From: an uncultured Burkholderiales bacterium
GTDB taxonomy: Bacteria > Pseudomonadota > Gammaproteobacteria > Burkholderiales > Burkholderiaceae_C
Direction: 5' to 3'
Length of the DNA: 64,000 nucleotides
Assembly: GCA_903949285.1 (NCBI GenBank)
Contig: CAJAYT010000015.1
Span: 15,843 to 79,842 of the forward strand
Under the pieces are notes generated by a model that was given only the letters and a program-made list of their open reading frames with translations, did no database searches and was not told the origin of the DNA. This document shows, in pieces, positions 51,628 through 60,177 of the stretch (its first letter is position 1; every line of letters begins with the position of its first letter). The position numbers and the translations under genes were made by a program.

Positions 51628-53601
51628 ATGAATCTGTCCGCACTTCTCGTTCAACTGATCAATGGGTGGGCGAGTGCCTCTAGTCTTTTCTTAAGCGCTG
51701 CTGGGTTGACCCTTATCTTTGGGGTCACGCGCATCATTAACTTTGCACACGGCTCCTTCTTTATGTTGGGGATGTATATTGCCTACACGCTCATCCATGC
51801 TTTAGGCCCCTACCTACTCCTGACACTGGGTCTCCCCCTTGGTGTGGGGTACTGGGTTGCGGTGTTGGCAAGCGGCCCCTTGGTCGGATTGATCGGACTT
51901 ACTACGGAGCTCCTCATACTTAGGCGCATCTACAAAGCACCTGAGTTAGTTCAACTGTTGGCTACGTTTGCAGTCTTGCTCATCATCAACGATACCGCAC
52001 TCTACGCCTTTGGTCCAGAGGATTTACTGGGGCCTAGAGCAGCCGGTCTTGGCGGGTCCTTAGATCTTCTTGGTAGGTCAGTTCCCAGTTATGACCTATT
52101 CCTAATTGCACTTGGTCCCTTAGTGCTTGCAGGCATTTGGTGGACTTTAAAGCGCACTCGTATTGGGCTGTACATCCGCGCAGCCAGCACTGACAAAGAG
52201 ACCCTGCAGGCGCTGGGCGTGAACTCAAGCAGCCTCTTTACTTTTGTATTCACCTTTGGATGTGCTCTAGCGGGATGGGCTGGTGCGTTAGAGCTTGTAA
52301 GAACACCAGCTAATCTGGGGGCAGATTTATCCGTTGTGACAGATTGTTTTGTGGTGGTGGTCATCGCAGGCATGGGCTCTATCACCGGAGCATACGTCTG
52401 CGCATTACTACTAGGGGTAATAAAGGCGGTATGTATCACCCTAGGATCTCAAACGCTACTAGGGTTCACCATTGAGTTCTCCAAACTCACCCTCATTTCA
52501 GAATTTGTTTTGATGGCAGTCATACTCATTTTTCGCCCTACTGGACTCTTTAACGCAGGCAACAGCGACTCGGATACGAGCACCAATAAATCAGCATACG
52601 CACCGCCCTCATATGTGAGAGCTGATTCAGGTGGATTCTCCCTCACGCAAAAGCTCAGGCAAAACTACAACGCCAAAGTCCTAGGCTTTTTGGTTTTTAC
52701 GGCTCTATGCACTTTACCAGCCCTGGTGCAGGACAACAGTTACTTGCTGGTACTTGCAATAGATATTTTGATTGCAGCATTGTTTGCAGCCAGTCTCCAT
52801 TTTCTGATCAGTTGCGGGGGCTTGATCTCATTTGGTCATGCAGCCTATTTTGGTATTGGAGCCTATGCAAGTGCACTTTTGGTTAAAACCGCGCACCTGA
52901 GCATGGAGGAGTGCCTCCTACTGAGCCCCCTTATTTGCATGGTGTTTGGATCATTGCTAGGTTGGCTTTGCACACGGTTGTCGGGTATTTACCTGGGGAT
53001 GTTGACTCTTGCCTTGGCGCAACTTTTATGGGCCATTTGCTTTCAGTGGGACGGACTCACGGGAGGCTCTAACGGGATCACGGGGATATGGCCTAGCGAC
53101 ATGTGGAGTGCACATGCCAATTTTTATACACTCACTCTCGCGCTTGTGACGCTGTCGCTTTTGTTACTTCAACGGATCATTCAATCTCCCTACGGGTTGA
53201 CACTAAAAGCGTCTAGGGATAGCGCGAGAAGAGCACTCTCACTGGGTGTTAATGTAAAACGTGTTCAACACATCGCCTTCATCATCAGCTCCGCCTTTGC
53301 TGGGCTAGCTGGCGCTCTCTTTGCCTTCTCTAAGGGAAATATCTCACCCGATGTTTTAGGACTCTCACGTTCGGTAGACGCCCTTGTAATGGTGCTCCTG
53401 GGAGGGATCAACTCAAGTCTTGGCCCCTTGCTCGGAGCGCTAGCCTACACCTCCCTACAAGACCTGGTGGCCCGCGATACGCAGTACTGGAGGGCGTGTC
53501 TAGGTGCGCTGATTTTGGTGTTACTTTTTGTGTTGCCAAGTGGCTTGGCGAGTCTGATGTACCCCCTTCGCAGAACTGTAAGAACGCAGGCCCAACGCTA
53601 A
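51628..53601 (+). CDS. Fused LivH-LivM ABC transporter permease
   Basis: 657 aa: LivH half (INFAHGSF, GLYIRAAS), polar linker, LivM half (ISFGHAAYFGIGAY, GIYLGMLTLA). Confidence 0.9.
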   Translation: MNLSALLVQLINGWASASSLFLSAAGLTLIFGVTRIINFAHGSFFMLGMYIAYTLIHALGPYLLLTLGLPLGVGYWVAVLASGPLVGLIGLTTELLILRRIYKAPELVQLLATFAVLLIINDTALYAFGPEDLLGPRAAGLGGSLDLLGRSVPSYDLFLIALGPLVLAGIWWTLKRTRIGLYIRAASTDKETLQALGVNSSSLFTFVFTFGCALAGWAGALELVRTPANLGADLSVVTDCFVVVVIAGMGSITGAYVCALLLGVIKAVCITLGSQTLLGFTIEFSKLTLISEFVLMAVILIFRPTGLFNAGNSDSDTSTNKSAYAPPSYVRADSGGFSLTQKLRQNYNAKVLGFLVFTALCTLPALVQDNSYLLVLAIDILIAALFAASLHFLISCGGLISFGHAAYFGIGAYASALLVKTAHLSMEECLLLSPLICMVFGSLLGWLCTRLSGIYLGMLTLALAQLLWAICFQWDGLTGGSNGITGIWPSDMWSAHANFYTLTLALVTLSLLLLQRIIQSPYGLTLKASRDSARRALSLGVNVKRVQHIAFIISSAFAGLAGALFAFSKGNISPDVLGLSRSVDALVMVLLGGINSSLGPLLGALAYTSLQDLVARDTQYWRACLGALILVLLFVLPSGLASLMYPLRRTVRTQAQR

Positions 53602-53706
53602 AGACGCGTGAGATAGGTAAGCAAAAGAGTGATCACTGGGGCCACGGAGCCTTTGCTCGCAAATGCAGTCTCACAAAAACTACTCTTGCTCACTCGAATC
53701 AAAAGA

Positions 53707-55146
53707 TCAGCTCGACTTCCTTCTCGCAATAACGCTCTGTATTCGACGTTCATCGAGTTCTTGCACCTCAAATTGCCAATGACCGCAAATTGCAACATCG
53801 CCCTTTTGCGGCATCCGCCCCAACACGGCCATGATCAACCCAGCCAAGGTGTTGTAGACCTTCTTGTCCTCCAAGGGAAGCTCCTCAATCTCCAGCCTAC
53901 TCTTTAATTCTTGAATAGGCATAAGCCCATCCAGCAACCATGAATGATCACTCCTTTGTGTCGCCCAAACTTGACCCGAGCTACTGGACTGTAACAACTC
54001 CCCCGTGATTGCCTCTAAAACATCGATGGGCGTAATCAGTCCGTGCAAGACACCGTACTCATCCACCACCAGCACCAAACGCCCTGATACACCTTGCAAA
54101 GAGGGTTTTTTAAGTACAAGGGCAGGCGGGTTAGAGGACGCACTATGGTCCACATCACGGCTTTGCTTGCCCAGTTTATTCAGTTCAGCTTCATCATTTT
54201 CTTTTTTGAGGCTCGCACTCGTAGCTGTCAGTCGAGGATTTTGAAATTGCTCGAGTAAATCTAGACCCGTTAGGGTCTCGGGCACAAATGCAACCGGGAG
54301 CACAAACTCCTCAATCGCAGTCTGCGAGTCCAAATGCTGAATCAGCTGAGTCACCCCAATCACCCCGATCACATCATCCAGGGAGTTTCTGCAAACCGGG
54401 TACCATGAGTGTTGCTGCTCTCCCCTTAAAACCTCTATAGCCTCTTGGGCGTTTAGTTTGGCCTCCAGCCAAACAATATCTGCGCGGGGAACCATCATCG
54501 AAGTCAGTTGACGCTCATCCAAGTGAAAAACGTTTTTGACCATCTGATGCTCTTGATCTTCTATAAGACCCGCGCTGACTCCTTCATCTAAACTTGCGTT
54601 GATCTCGGCCTCTGTCACCGAACCGCTGCCCGCTAAATTTACACCGAGTAGCTTTAATACAAGGGATGTACTGCCAGATAACAAACGAACGAGGGGCCTG
54701 CACAGAACCAAGATCACGCGCATGAGTCCTGCGACTAAGGAGGCAACACGCTCGGGGTTTAACTGCGCAATTCGTTTGGGCACCAACTCACCAAAGAGGA
54801 TCGTTGCAAGCGTAATAGCGGTGACGACGGTGACTGTGGACAGGGCATGTGCTAGCGCCTCGCTTAACCCTAAACTCACAAGCTCAAGCGTGAACCTCTC
54901 GCTAAACGCAGCTTCGCCTACGATACCGTTTAAGACACCAATGGAGGTAATACCGATTTGAATCGTTGACAAAAACTCTGTCGGAGTAGCCATCAAAGCC
55001 AGTGCGGTTTTAGCCCCCTTGGCACCACTCTCACTGGACTCCACCATCGCTTTAAGGCGGACTTTTCTGCTCGCAGCCAAGGCCATTTCTGACATAGCAA
55101 AAATGCCGTTGACCAGAATCAACAAAATAATGATGAGAAAATCCAT
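53707..55146 (-). CDS. HlyC/CorC-family (DUF21-CBS-CorC) transporter-associated protein with an insertion in the CBS region
   Basis: NGIFAMSEMAL, FGELVPK, MVPRADI, VVDEYG, DVLEAITGEL and TLAGLI. Confidence 0.9.
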   Translation of the reverse strand: MDFLIIILLILVNGIFAMSEMALAASRKVRLKAMVESSESGAKGAKTALALMATPTEFLSTIQIGITSIGVLNGIVGEAAFSERFTLELVSLGLSEALAHALSTVTVVTAITLATILFGELVPKRIAQLNPERVASLVAGLMRVILVLCRPLVRLLSGSTSLVLKLLGVNLAGSGSVTEAEINASLDEGVSAGLIEDQEHQMVKNVFHLDERQLTSMMVPRADIVWLEAKLNAQEAIEVLRGEQQHSWYPVCRNSLDDVIGVIGVTQLIQHLDSQTAIEEFVLPVAFVPETLTGLDLLEQFQNPRLTATSASLKKENDEAELNKLGKQSRDVDHSASSNPPALVLKKPSLQGVSGRLVLVVDEYGVLHGLITPIDVLEAITGELLQSSSSGQVWATQRSDHSWLLDGLMPIQELKSRLEIEELPLEDKKVYNTLAGLIMAVLGRMPQKGDVAICGHWQFEVQELDERRIQSVIARRKSS

Positions 55147-55258
55147 ATTTACTAAGCGTACAGTTTAAGTTGCGATACCCAAATTTTGTGTTTGAAGCAC
55201 AATGGTATGGCTTTTGATGCTAAAAGTTGTGACAAAACACTAATCTACTGAATATTTT

Positions 55259-56182
55259 ATGCCAAGCTATATGATTGGGGACGTACAAGGCTGTGATGCT
55301 CCGTTGTCCCAGCTCCTTGAGTTAATTGACTTCTCACCGAGTAGGGACACATTGTACTTTTTGGGTGATTTGATCAATCGTGGCCCAAACAACTTGGCCA
55401 CCTTAAACCGACTCTTGAATTACGGATCAAGTGCAGTTTGTTTGTTGGGTAACCATGATCTGCATTTTTTGGGAATTGAGCGGGGACTTAGGACTCAAAA
55501 AAGGGGAGATACCTTAAATGATATCTTGAGTGCTCCAAATAAAGATGAACTCGTTACTTGGCTTCGCACACGCCCACTGGCTATTTATGAGAAAAACTGT
55601 CTCATGGTTCATGCAGGTGTTTACCCGTCTTGGACTTTGCACTCAACACTTGGCTTAGCAAAAGAGCTGGAAGCTGAACTGAGTGGTCCGAGTTGGGGGG
55701 AGTTTTTGCGTACCCTCTTTGGGAACACTCCCAACCGTTGGAGCGACTCCCTCAAGGGGGAGGATCGAGCGCGTGCAATTGTTAACGCCCTCACGCGGAT
55801 GCGCTTTTGCTCCGAAAGCGAGGAGATGGAATTTGGTACCAAAGGGCCTGCAGAAAACGCACCTCCTGGATACTATCCTTGGTTTGCGGTTCCCAACAGA
55901 AAAACAATCGATGTCACCACCGCTTTTGGTCATTGGTCCGCCTTAAATCCAAGAGATGCAAAAGACACAGCAACGTCTCTCACCACTTTGGATCAATACA
56001 ACGTGATTAGCCTAGATACTGGATGCGTTTGGGGGGGATGTTTATCTGCCGTTGAGCTTCCCGCGCTAAGCGAAGGCCCCTTGATCCCTCATCACAGATT
56101 CGAGCACATTCAAATCAAATGTCCAACAAGCGATCCAACGATCAGCAGGAACAACGCGCTAGTGCCTCCATCCGATCAGTAA
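55259..56182 (+). CDS. apaH: Symmetrical bis(5'-nucleosyl)-tetraphosphatase
   Basis: IGDVQGC, GDLINRG, LGNHDLH, TRMRFC, FGHWSAL and DTGCVWGG. Confidence 0.94.
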   Translation: MPSYMIGDVQGCDAPLSQLLELIDFSPSRDTLYFLGDLINRGPNNLATLNRLLNYGSSAVCLLGNHDLHFLGIERGLRTQKRGDTLNDILSAPNKDELVTWLRTRPLAIYEKNCLMVHAGVYPSWTLHSTLGLAKELEAELSGPSWGEFLRTLFGNTPNRWSDSLKGEDRARAIVNALTRMRFCSESEEMEFGTKGPAENAPPGYYPWFAVPNRKTIDVTTAFGHWSALNPRDAKDTATSLTTLDQYNVISLDTGCVWGGCLSAVELPALSEGPLIPHHRFEHIQIKCPTSDPTISRNNALVPPSDQ

Positions 56183-56192
56183 GATTGCGACA

Positions 56193-56220
56193 CAAGCCTT
56201 GCTGCGAGTGTCAAGGCTTG
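56193..56220. terminator. Hairpin between convergent apaH and the helicase gene (possible bidirectional terminator, no U-tract)
   Basis: CAAGCCTTG / CAAGGCTTG 9-bp stem with a 10-nt loop. Confidence 0.45.
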
Positions 56221-56229
56221 AGAGTAGCT

Positions 56230-57627
56230 CTAGCCTTTGAATAAAGCGGCAACTTTGCGCTTGGATTTAATATTGGCGGAAATATTCCTAGAACCCGTTC
56301 TTGGGGTACTTTCCCAGGAAGGTTTTGCGTCCTCTGCCTGAGGGCTGGGCTCATAAGGCTTGTCGAAAAAAGGGTCCTTAGAGAGTTTAGGCACAGCATA
56401 TGATGGGTTGGAATTCCTACTCTCACGCGCAACACGCTCTTCATCCCATGTTCTACGCCCTGTGTTGATTCGCTCTCTAGGTCTCTCAGACTCAAACTCG
56501 ACAGCCTCTAACTCGATCTTTTGTTTGGTAAGCTTTTCGATGTCTGAGATTAAACGGACATCGCTGGGGGATGCAAAGCTTACGGCCAACCCTGTAGCTC
56601 CTGCTCGGCCGGTGCGTCCAATGCGGTGAATGTAATCTTCAGCGTTAAAGGGAACATCAAAGTTAAACACAGCCGGAACGTCTTTGATATCCAAACCCCT
56701 TGCAGCTACGTCAGTGCAAATGAGTAAATCAACGGCACCTGCCTTGAAGGCCTCCAAGGCTTTCAAGCGCTCATCTTGACTTTTGTCGCCGTGAAGGGCT
56801 GTAGTCTTAAGACCATCGTGCTCCAAAGATCTTGCGAGCCTGGCGCAGCCAAGTTTACTGTTCACAAAGACAAAAGCCTGAGTGATGTTTTTTTCTTTCA
56901 AGATTTGTTTAAGCGCTCTTCTTTTATCGTCATCTGCGACGCTGTAAAAGTGCTGAGACACTGTAGAAGCGGTTTGATTGGGTCTGGCCACTTCAATCGT
57001 AACGGGGTCTTGCAAATAACTGGAAGCTAAGCGCTTGATTTCAGGCGAGAAAGTAGCAGAAAAAAGAAGCGTTGTCCGTTGCTTGGGAAGGAAACTCAAA
57101 ATACGCTGCAGATCGGGTAAGAATCCGATATCAAGCATTCTGTCTGCCTCATCAAGCACCACATACTCAACCTGGTTGAGGACCACGTTCTTCGCCTCAA
57201 TGTGGTCTAGTAAGCGCCCAGGTGTTGCAACTAAAATTTCTACCCCCCCGCGTAACTCTAAGCTTTGGGGTTTCATGTCCATACCGCCAAAAACAACTGC
57301 GGTGCGCATTTGTGTGAATTTCGCGTAAAGCTTTAGTTGCTGTGCAACTTGGTCAGCGAGTTCACGAGTCGGCAATAGTACCAAAGCTCGCACAGGGTGA
57401 CGTGCGGGTGAGGTGGATGTGTTTTCGTGCTTTAAGAGTATTTGTAAAAGCGGTAAACAAAAGGCTGCCGTTTTACCTGTTCCGGTCTGGGCTGCGCCCA
57501 TGACGTCTCGACCACTCAAAACGACTGGAATGGCTTGGGCCTGGATGGGGGTCATCTCAGCGTAACCCATCTCTGCGACTGCGCGCGAGAGCGGCTGTGC
57601 TAACTGTAATTGTGCGAAAGAATTCAT
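56230..57627 (-). CDS. DEAD-box RNA helicase (RhlE-like)
   Basis: AQTGTGKT, PTRELA, TPGRLLDH, LDEADRM, SAT, ARGLD and HRIGRTGRAG. Confidence 0.95.
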   Translation of the reverse strand: MNSFAQLQLAQPLSRAVAEMGYAEMTPIQAQAIPVVLSGRDVMGAAQTGTGKTAAFCLPLLQILLKHENTSTSPARHPVRALVLLPTRELADQVAQQLKLYAKFTQMRTAVVFGGMDMKPQSLELRGGVEILVATPGRLLDHIEAKNVVLNQVEYVVLDEADRMLDIGFLPDLQRILSFLPKQRTTLLFSATFSPEIKRLASSYLQDPVTIEVARPNQTASTVSQHFYSVADDDKRRALKQILKEKNITQAFVFVNSKLGCARLARSLEHDGLKTTALHGDKSQDERLKALEAFKAGAVDLLICTDVAARGLDIKDVPAVFNFDVPFNAEDYIHRIGRTGRAGATGLAVSFASPSDVRLISDIEKLTKQKIELEAVEFESERPRERINTGRRTWDEERVARESRNSNPSYAVPKLSKDPFFDKPYEPSPQAEDAKPSWESTPRTGSRNISANIKSKRKVAALFKG

Positions 57628-57764
57628 ATATCCCCCATTGTCTCACTCAGTGCACTCTTATTAGCGTAAAAGAGATAAAAAGTGTGCAAACTAGGGGGCA
57701 TTTGAGCCCAAAAAAACACTAAAGTCGCTGAAATAAGAGGATTAGGACCCAACCTTTGCACCCA

Positions 57765-58334
57765 TTATGTTTTGGGCAGCGTGACCCCAATTTGCCCTTG
57801 GTACTTGCCGCCCCGGTCTTTGTAGCTGGTCTCACATACCTCATCGCTCTCAAAGAAGAGAACCTGCGCACACCCTTCACCGGCGTAAATCTTTGCGGGC
57901 AAAGGGGTGGTGTTTGAGAACTCCAAAGTCACATACCCCTCCCACTCCGGCTCAAAGGGGGTTACGTTCACAATAATTCCGCATCGCGCGTAGGTACTTT
58001 TACCCAAACAAACAGTCAACACGTTTCTGGGAATACGGAAGTATTCCATCGTCCTGGCTAGCGCAAAACTATTGGGCGGGATGATACAAACATCCGATTC
58101 AATATCCACAAAACTTCGCTCATCAAAGTTCTTAGGGTCTACCACGGTACTATAGATGTTCGTGAAAACCTTGAACTCCGGCGCGCAGCGTATATCGTAA
58201 CCATAACTGCTAGTCCCGTAGCTAACGATTTTCTCGCCTGCTGCATTTTTTCTGACCTGTCCGGGCTCAAAGGGCTCAATCATGCCGTGCTCTTTTGCCA
58301 TTTTGCGAATCCAGGTATCCGATTTGATCGACAT
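57765..58334 (-). CDS. dcd: dCTP deaminase
   Basis: [27 protein letters not shown] and YQGQ. Confidence 0.96.
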   Translation of the reverse strand: MSIKSDTWIRKMAKEHGMIEPFEPGQVRKNAAGEKIVSYGTSSYGYDIRCAPEFKVFTNIYSTVVDPKNFDERSFVDIESDVCIIPPNSFALARTMEYFRIPRNVLTVCLGKSTYARCGIIVNVTPFEPEWEGYVTLEFSNTTPLPAKIYAGEGCAQVLFFESDEVCETSYKDRGGKYQGQIGVTLPKT

Positions 58335-58369
58335 AGTTGTTACTCTTTAAAAGTTATCACTTGAGAAAA

Positions 58370-59221
58370 TTATTCCAGAACCAAATCTAGTTTGACTTCC
58401 AAAAGATGGTCATGATCCTTGTACCTTTTCAAAAGCTCTGGATCAACGACTGGCTTGTACTGTGCAACCAAAACCTCACGCACACCAAATACTGCGTCTG
58501 TATCCAAGTAGGGATCTTCTTCATCAAATATCTCTGTGACAAGCGTTCTGTGTCCAGGGGCCTCAACGATCAAGTGCAAATGCGCAGGCCGCCAAGGCGA
58601 GCGCTTGGACTGAACAAACATGGCACCTACTGGGCCATCCATGGGTATGGTGTAGGGCTTGGGTCGAATGGTTGCAATCTCAAAGGATCCGTCTTCTTGT
58701 GCATGTAGCATGCAGCGAAGATTATCCTGAGGCTGCTCGGGATCTTGTTGCCAGTAGAGGCCGTTGTCAGCATTTTGCCAAAAATCCACTGTCGCACCTG
58801 CAATGGGCTTACCCTTGAGATCCAGTACTTTACCCCTAAAAATGGCTGCTTGACCCGGATTATTTCTGAGCAAATTGGCTGGGCTTTGCATGACCGGTGA
58901 GCCGCGCGAGTGAAAGGGCCCCAGGTTACTCCCCGGTGTTGCTTTCTCAGATCCCATCGCAAGTAAATCGATCAAAGATGAGAGGCCAAATACATCGGAC
59001 ATTAAGGAGAATTCACTCCTTGACTCATCTGTAATGGCAGCAGCTTGATGCAAAAAATGCAGCCCTGCTCTCCACTCCTCGTGCGTTAATTTGGTGTCTC
59101 TAGCAAAGTCGTGAAGGTGGGCGACAAAAGTTTTTAAAATAAACTGAAGCCGTTGGTCAGGCAATTGATCAAAACTGCTCTGAGTGAGTGCCGTGAGGTT
59201 GTCGGATGATGTGTTGCGCAT
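58370..59221 (-). CDS. Intradiol ring-cleavage dioxygenase, hydroxyquinol/catechol 1,2-dioxygenase type
   Basis: N-terminal helical dimerisation region (LHDFAR..LTHEEW), LGPF, two Tyr (GLYWQQ, PKPY) and RPAHLH iron ligands, DAVFGV. Confidence 0.88.
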   Translation of the reverse strand: MRNTSSDNLTALTQSSFDQLPDQRLQFILKTFVAHLHDFARDTKLTHEEWRAGLHFLHQAAAITDESRSEFSLMSDVFGLSSLIDLLAMGSEKATPGSNLGPFHSRGSPVMQSPANLLRNNPGQAAIFRGKVLDLKGKPIAGATVDFWQNADNGLYWQQDPEQPQDNLRCMLHAQEDGSFEIATIRPKPYTIPMDGPVGAMFVQSKRSPWRPAHLHLIVEAPGHRTLVTEIFDEEDPYLDTDAVFGVREVLVAQYKPVVDPELLKRYKDHDHLLEVKLDLVLE

Positions 59222-59595
59222 AAAGAGGCTTAGCCAGAAAATAATGGACAGGTAAGCATTCTACTGAGTCCTGGTTAAGGCTCTTGAGCACTTCAAAAGT
59301 TGATATCCAACTCCAAAAGCACAACCCAAGGGGGCCATTATTTTGTCCCTACACCTTCGTACCACCACCCAAACGTCAAAAATCAGTAGAACTCACAATA
59401 CTCCCACCGTATTCTTGAGGGTATATTCATTCTTAGTATCCTAATTTTTTTGAAATCCAGTTTCCTCTCCCCTCATTAGCTACATCTGCGAATTTGATCA
59501 GCCCCGCTGATGAGCTTTGATGTTTTGACCGTAACCCTCCACTCCCCAACGCCTCTAATTTGTACTCGAACTCCACTATTTAAGACTCAATAAAC

Positions 59596-60177
59596 ATGCC
59601 TTTCACACTCAACGTTAACGGTCAACTCAGGACCACACCAGCAGACCCCACAACACCCCTACTCTATGTACTCAGAAATGATTTGGAGTTAAACGGAGCA
59701 AAATTCGGCTGCGGTGCAGGTCAATGCGGTGCGTGTACCGTTCTCCTAAACGGCACACCTATTCGTTCATGCGTGACTCCTATTCAAAATCTACCTGTAA
59801 ACGCAAAAATCACAACTATTGAGGGTCTCGCCTCTGCCAAGCCCGCGCAGACAGCGACCTCGGTGTCAACGCCCTCTGAGCTGAGTATTTTGCAAAATGC
59901 ATTCATTGAGGAGCAAGCCGCGCAGTGCGGCTACTGTATCAACGGCATGATCATGACTGCAAAAAGCTTTCTTGATAAAAACCCCAATCCAAGTGAAGAC
60001 CAAATTCGCAAAGCATTGTCAGGAAATCTTTGCCGCTGCGGAACGCACACCCGAATCATCAAAGCGGTGCAACGTGCAGCTCAACAAATGAGACTGTCAT
60101 TTGTAAAAGAACACAAAACAACACTGGACACAACTCAAACTGCCCCTCAAACTGCGGCTCAAGGGGCATCGGTATGA
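59596..60177 (+). CDS. Molybdoenzyme small 2Fe-2S subunit (IorA/NicA-like)
   Basis: KFGCGAGQCGACTV, RSC, QCGYC and NLCRCGT. Confidence 0.92.
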   Translation: MPFTLNVNGQLRTTPADPTTPLLYVLRNDLELNGAKFGCGAGQCGACTVLLNGTPIRSCVTPIQNLPVNAKITTIEGLASAKPAQTATSVSTPSELSILQNAFIEEQAAQCGYCINGMIMTAKSFLDKNPNPSEDQIRKALSGNLCRCGTHTRIIKAVQRAAQQMRLSFVKEHKTTLDTTQTAPQTAAQGASV

